Below, one piece after another: positions 60,679-64,000 of a DNA stretch of 64,000 nucleotides. The notes under the pieces are model-generated. The model did no database searches. It saw only the letters and a list, made by a program, of their open reading frames with translations, and was not told where the DNA came from. Every line of letters begins with the position of its first letter. The stretch's first letter is position 1. This stretch comes from Synergistales bacterium. Its GTDB lineage: Bacteria > Synergistota > Synergistia > Synergistales > JAFGMB01. The stretch covers positions 1,056,001 through 1,120,000 of the forward strand of contig OY762654.1 of NCBI GenBank assembly GCA_963666205.1, read 5' to 3'. Position numbers and translations under genes: made by a program.

Positions 60679-62346
60679 ATGTTAAGTGACATCGAGATCG
60701 CCCAGTCAGCGAAGATGCAGCCGGTAGTGGAGGTAGCTGAAGGGTTGGGAATAAAGGAAGAGGAGCTGGAGCTCTACGGGAGGTACAAGGCTAAGGTATC
60801 CTACGACCTGTGGGAAAGGGTCAAGGGGAACGAGGACGGCAAGCTGATCCTGGTGACGGCCATAACGCCCACCCCTGCAGGAGAGGGAAAGACCACCACC
60901 ACAGTGGGCCTCAGCCAGGGACTGGCAAAGATAGGAAAGAAAGTATCCATAGCCCTTCGTGAGCCCAGCCTCGGCCCCAGCTTCGGAGTCAAGGGAGGAG
61001 CAGCCGGAGGAGGCTACTCCCAGGTGGTGCCCATGGAGGACATAAACCTTCATTTCACAGGCGACATCCACGCCGTATCCACCGCCCACAACCTTCTGGC
61101 AGCCCTGCTTGACAACCATCTCCAGCAGGGTAACGAGCTGGGCATAGACCCCCGTCAGATAGTTCTGAGGCGGGTCATGGACATGAACGAGAGGGCCCTT
61201 CGCAACGTGATAGTGGGCCTTGGAGGCAAACCCCACGGAATACCGAGGGAATCGGGATTTGACATCACCGTAGCCAGTGAAGTGATGGCCATCCTCTGCC
61301 TTGCAGGGAGCATAGCCGACCTGAAGGAAAGGCTGTCCCGGATGGTAATAGCCTATACATACAGCGGAGAAGCCGTTACAGCAGGGGACCTGAAGGCCGA
61401 AGGCTCCATGGCAGTTCTGCTCAAGGATGCCCTGAAGCCCAACCTGGTCCAGACATTGGAAGGAGTGCCCGCCTTCGTCCACGGAGGCCCCTTCGCCAAC
61501 ATAGCCCACGGATGCAACAGCGTCCAGGCAACGAAGTACGGACTGAAGCTCTCGGACTACTTCGTCACCGAAGCGGGATTCGGAGCCGACCTTGGAGCGG
61601 AGAAGTTTCTGGACATCAAGTGCCGCATGGCAGGGCTCCATCCCAGCGCAGTGGTTCTCGTAGCCACAGTGAGGGCATTGAAGATGCACGGAGGCATGCC
61701 GAAGACCGACCTTGGCAGGGAGGACCTGAAGGCCCTTGAAGCAGGGATCCCCAACCTTGAGAAGCACATAGAGAACCTGAGCTCCTTCGGAGTACCCGTA
61801 GTGGTGGCCATAAACAGATTCCCCACCGACAGCGAAGCCGAGCTGAAGCTCGTGGAGGAACACTGCGTAAGGCTTGGAGCCACCGTATCCCTGTCCGAAG
61901 TATGGGCCAGAGGCGGGGAAGGAGCCGTAGACCTTGCGGAGAAAGTGGTAAGGGCATGCGAGAAGGAGAACAGCTTCCACTACCAGTACGACGCCAAGGC
62001 GACGCCAAAGGAGAAGATAGAAGCCATAGCGAAGAAGATCTACGGAGCAGGAGCCGTTACCTACACGGACAAAGCTGAGAAGGACCTTGCGGCCATCCAC
62101 GAACAGGGAATGGACGACCTTCTCATATGCATGGCCAAGACCCAGTCCTCCATATCTGATGATCCCGCCAAGCTGGGAAGGCCGGAAGGCTTCACCCTCA
62201 CGGTGAGGGAAGTGAGGCTTTCAGCAGGAGCCGGTTTCCTTGTACCCATAACGGGAAGCATAATGACCATGCCCGGCCTGCCGAAGAAACCCGCAGCCCT
62301 GAAGATAGACATAGACAACGAAGGTAACATCTCCGGTCTCTTCTAG
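60679..62346 (+). CDS. fhs: Formate--tetrahydrofolate ligase
   Basis: [44 protein letters not shown]. Confidence 0.96.
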   Translation: MLSDIEIAQSAKMQPVVEVAEGLGIKEEELELYGRYKAKVSYDLWERVKGNEDGKLILVTAITPTPAGEGKTTTTVGLSQGLAKIGKKVSIALREPSLGPSFGVKGGAAGGGYSQVVPMEDINLHFTGDIHAVSTAHNLLAALLDNHLQQGNELGIDPRQIVLRRVMDMNERALRNVIVGLGGKPHGIPRESGFDITVASEVMAILCLAGSIADLKERLSRMVIAYTYSGEAVTAGDLKAEGSMAVLLKDALKPNLVQTLEGVPAFVHGGPFANIAHGCNSVQATKYGLKLSDYFVTEAGFGADLGAEKFLDIKCRMAGLHPSAVVLVATVRALKMHGGMPKTDLGREDLKALEAGIPNLEKHIENLSSFGVPVVVAINRFPTDSEAELKLVEEHCVRLGATVSLSEVWARGGEGAVDLAEKVVRACEKENSFHYQYDAKATPKEKIEAIAKKIYGAGAVTYTDKAEKDLAAIHEQGMDDLLICMAKTQSSISDDPAKLGRPEGFTLTVREVRLSAGAGFLVPITGSIMTMPGLPKKPAALKIDIDNEGNISGLF

Positions 62347-62514
62347 GAAGAGCATGGACCATAGAGCAGCAGAAAGCGGACAGTAACAGAACAGAAACAG
62401 CAGCATAACATAACGAGCCATTACTGCGCAGGGAGATCCCCCGACCCCCCCTTCAAAGGATTACACCTCCTTAGGCGGATCTCCCCTTCCTTTATTAAAG
62501 AAGACAAAGGAGCA

Positions 62515-63060
62515 ATGAAAGAAGCCATGAAAAGAATGGACACCCACAGACTGGTGACCCTGGGGCTGCTGGTGGGTCTTAACATAATCCTGGTGAGGTT
62601 TGCCAGTGTGCGGATAAGCATAGGGGGAGTGGAAGGGATAAGGATAGGACTGGGAAGTTTTCCCGTGGTATTTGCGGGGCTCTTCCTCGGACCCGCGGCA
62701 GGAGGTATGGCAGGAGCCCTTGGAGACATACTGGGCTTCATCCTGAACCCCATGGGAGTCTACATGCCCCACTTCACCCTCAGCGCCGCCCTCACCGGAA
62801 TGATCCCCGGCCTCGTACTGACCCTTATGGGCAGGGAGAGGGTGACCTTTATCCGCCTGGCCATAGCCAGCGGAGCGGGCCTCTTCGTCACATCCATGGT
62901 ACTTGTGCCCTGTTTCCTGAAGATGCTCTTCGGCATACCCCTGTGGACCACCCTTCCGCCGAGGGCCATATCCTTCTGCTTCACCGTACCCCTCTATGCC
63001 CTCTTTGCAGAGAGGATAGCAGGAAAAGTGGCGTCACCCCTGAGGGGAACCACCAGCTGA
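62515..63060 (+). CDS. Folate-family ECF transporter S component (FolT-like)
   Basis: IRIG, GP..G...G...D.LG..P.G.Y.P.FTL motifs; between fhs and folD. Confidence 0.75.
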   Translation: MKEAMKRMDTHRLVTLGLLVGLNIILVRFASVRISIGGVEGIRIGLGSFPVVFAGLFLGPAAGGMAGALGDILGFILNPMGVYMPHFTLSAALTGMIPGLVLTLMGRERVTFIRLAIASGAGLFVTSMVLVPCFLKMLFGIPLWTTLPPRAISFCFTVPLYALFAERIAGKVASPLRGTTS

Positions 63061-63210
63061 AGGAGCCTCCTGGACCGGAGGGGAACATGAAAGAGCGGTC
63101 AGGGGAAACCGCAAAAAATAATAGAAGGACCAGAGAAAGAAGTAAGAAACCAGGAAAATAAGGAAAGAGATAACTGAAATACGAGGAAACTGAAAGGAAG
63201 TGTCTTTATA

Positions 63211-64000
63211 TTGACAGCCCGGCTTCTTGACGGAAAGAAAACAGCCGCCCTGGTAAGGGAGAAGATAGCGGCGGAAGTGGAAAGGCTAAGGGGAGAAGGC
63301 AGGGGAGTTCCCGGCCTTGCCGTAGTGATAGTGGGAGAGAACCCCGCATCCAGGGTATACGTGGGACAGAAGGAGAAGGCGTGCAAGGCAGCAGGTTTTG
63401 ACTCCATTCTACACCGCCTGCCCGAGGAGACCACCCAGGAGGAACTCCTATCCCTTGTGGAAGAGATGAACAACGACCCCCGCATAGACGGGATCCTGGT
63501 GCAGCTTCCCCTTCCCCGGCACATGGACAGCGACAGCATCATAGCCGCCATAAGGCCGGAAAAGGACGTGGACGGATTCCACCCCATAAACATGGGAAAG
63601 CTCGTTACGGGGCTTAAGGGGACGGAACCGTGCACCCCCAAGGGTATCATGTACCTTCTAAGGGAGTATGGGATAGAACTTGAAGGGAAAAGGGCCGTTG
63701 TGCTGGGCCGGAGCAACATAGTGGGCAAGCCCGTAGCCTCCATGCTCATGGCGCAGAATGCCACGGTGACCGTCTGTCACAGCAGGACGAAGGAAATGGC
63801 CAGTTACACGAAAGAGGCGGACATCATAGTGGCAGCCATAGGAAAGGCAAAGTTCCTCACCGCACCAATGGTCAAAGAGGGAGCAGTAATAGTTGATGTA
63901 GGAATAAACCGGCTGGAAGAGGGACTCGTGGGAGATGTGGACTTCGAGGCCCTGAAGGAAAAGGCCTCCTGGATAACACCTGTACCGGGGGGAATAGGAC
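63211..64000 (+). CDS. folD: Methylenetetrahydrofolate dehydrogenase/cyclohydrolase, runs off window end (absent from ORF track)
   Basis: From TTG 63211: LDGK, PGLAVVIVGENPASRVYV, GILVQLPLP, KDVDGFHP, PCTPKG, GRSNIVGKP, DVGIN, TPVPGG. Confidence 0.93.
   Translation, partial: MTARLLDGKKTAALVREKIAAEVERLRGEGRGVPGLAVVIVGENPASRVYVGQKEKACKAAGFDSILHRLPEETTQEELLSLVEEMNNDPRIDGILVQLPLPRHMDSDSIIAAIRPEKDVDGFHPINMGKLVTGLKGTEPCTPKGIMYLLREYGIELEGKRAVVLGRSNIVGKPVASMLMAQNATVTVCHSRTKEMASYTKEADIIVAAIGKAKFLTAPMVKEGAVIVDVGINRLEEGLVGDVDFEALKEKASWITPVPGGIG

Noticed and set aside
60706-62100. 464-aa antisense ORF, and other long shadow ORFs such as 57525-58421 and 63099-63764
   Set aside because: Fully overlap well-conserved genes on the opposite strand; explained by codon bias
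62346-62515. Canonical THF riboswitch
   Set aside because: I could not find the conserved THF aptamer segments by eye

Overview
64 kb from an anaerobic diderm bacterium, probably Synergistota (inferred from a SYNERG-CTERM-type C-terminus at ~48.9 kb). 1-31.5 kb is a surface-polysaccharide region. It has an SLBB export protein, wzz-like, wbaP, wcaF/wcaI-like genes, GT4s, two TupA-like ATP-grasp ligases, wzy, wzx, a decayed IS3, a UbiA/SMR/SDR/membrane-protein module, GT8, uge, ugd and manC, interrupted by an EtfAB-FAD oxidoreductase operon. The rest is housekeeping: Cpx-like two-component system with Spy/CpxP, aminotransferases, panE/panB, DtxR-family regulator, peroxiredoxin, cobalamin-salvage genes, malic enzyme-TRAP-CitAB-like locus and fhs-folT-folD. 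The most striking unexplained structure is a family of modular intergenic repeats in seven clusters between 2 and 37.6 kb. It comprises about 25 copies of a 9-nt-period ACC-RCRGAG tandem, 10 copies of a 30-31 bp covarying palindrome and several REP-like hairpins. One cluster brackets a lone GxxExxY (PD-(D/E)XK-like) gene with both inverted and direct repeats. Other observations: a leader-peptide attenuator missing from the ORF track, an ATT start codon, and two genes split by single in-frame TGA codons. All calls come from reading the sequence by eye; no database searches were run.
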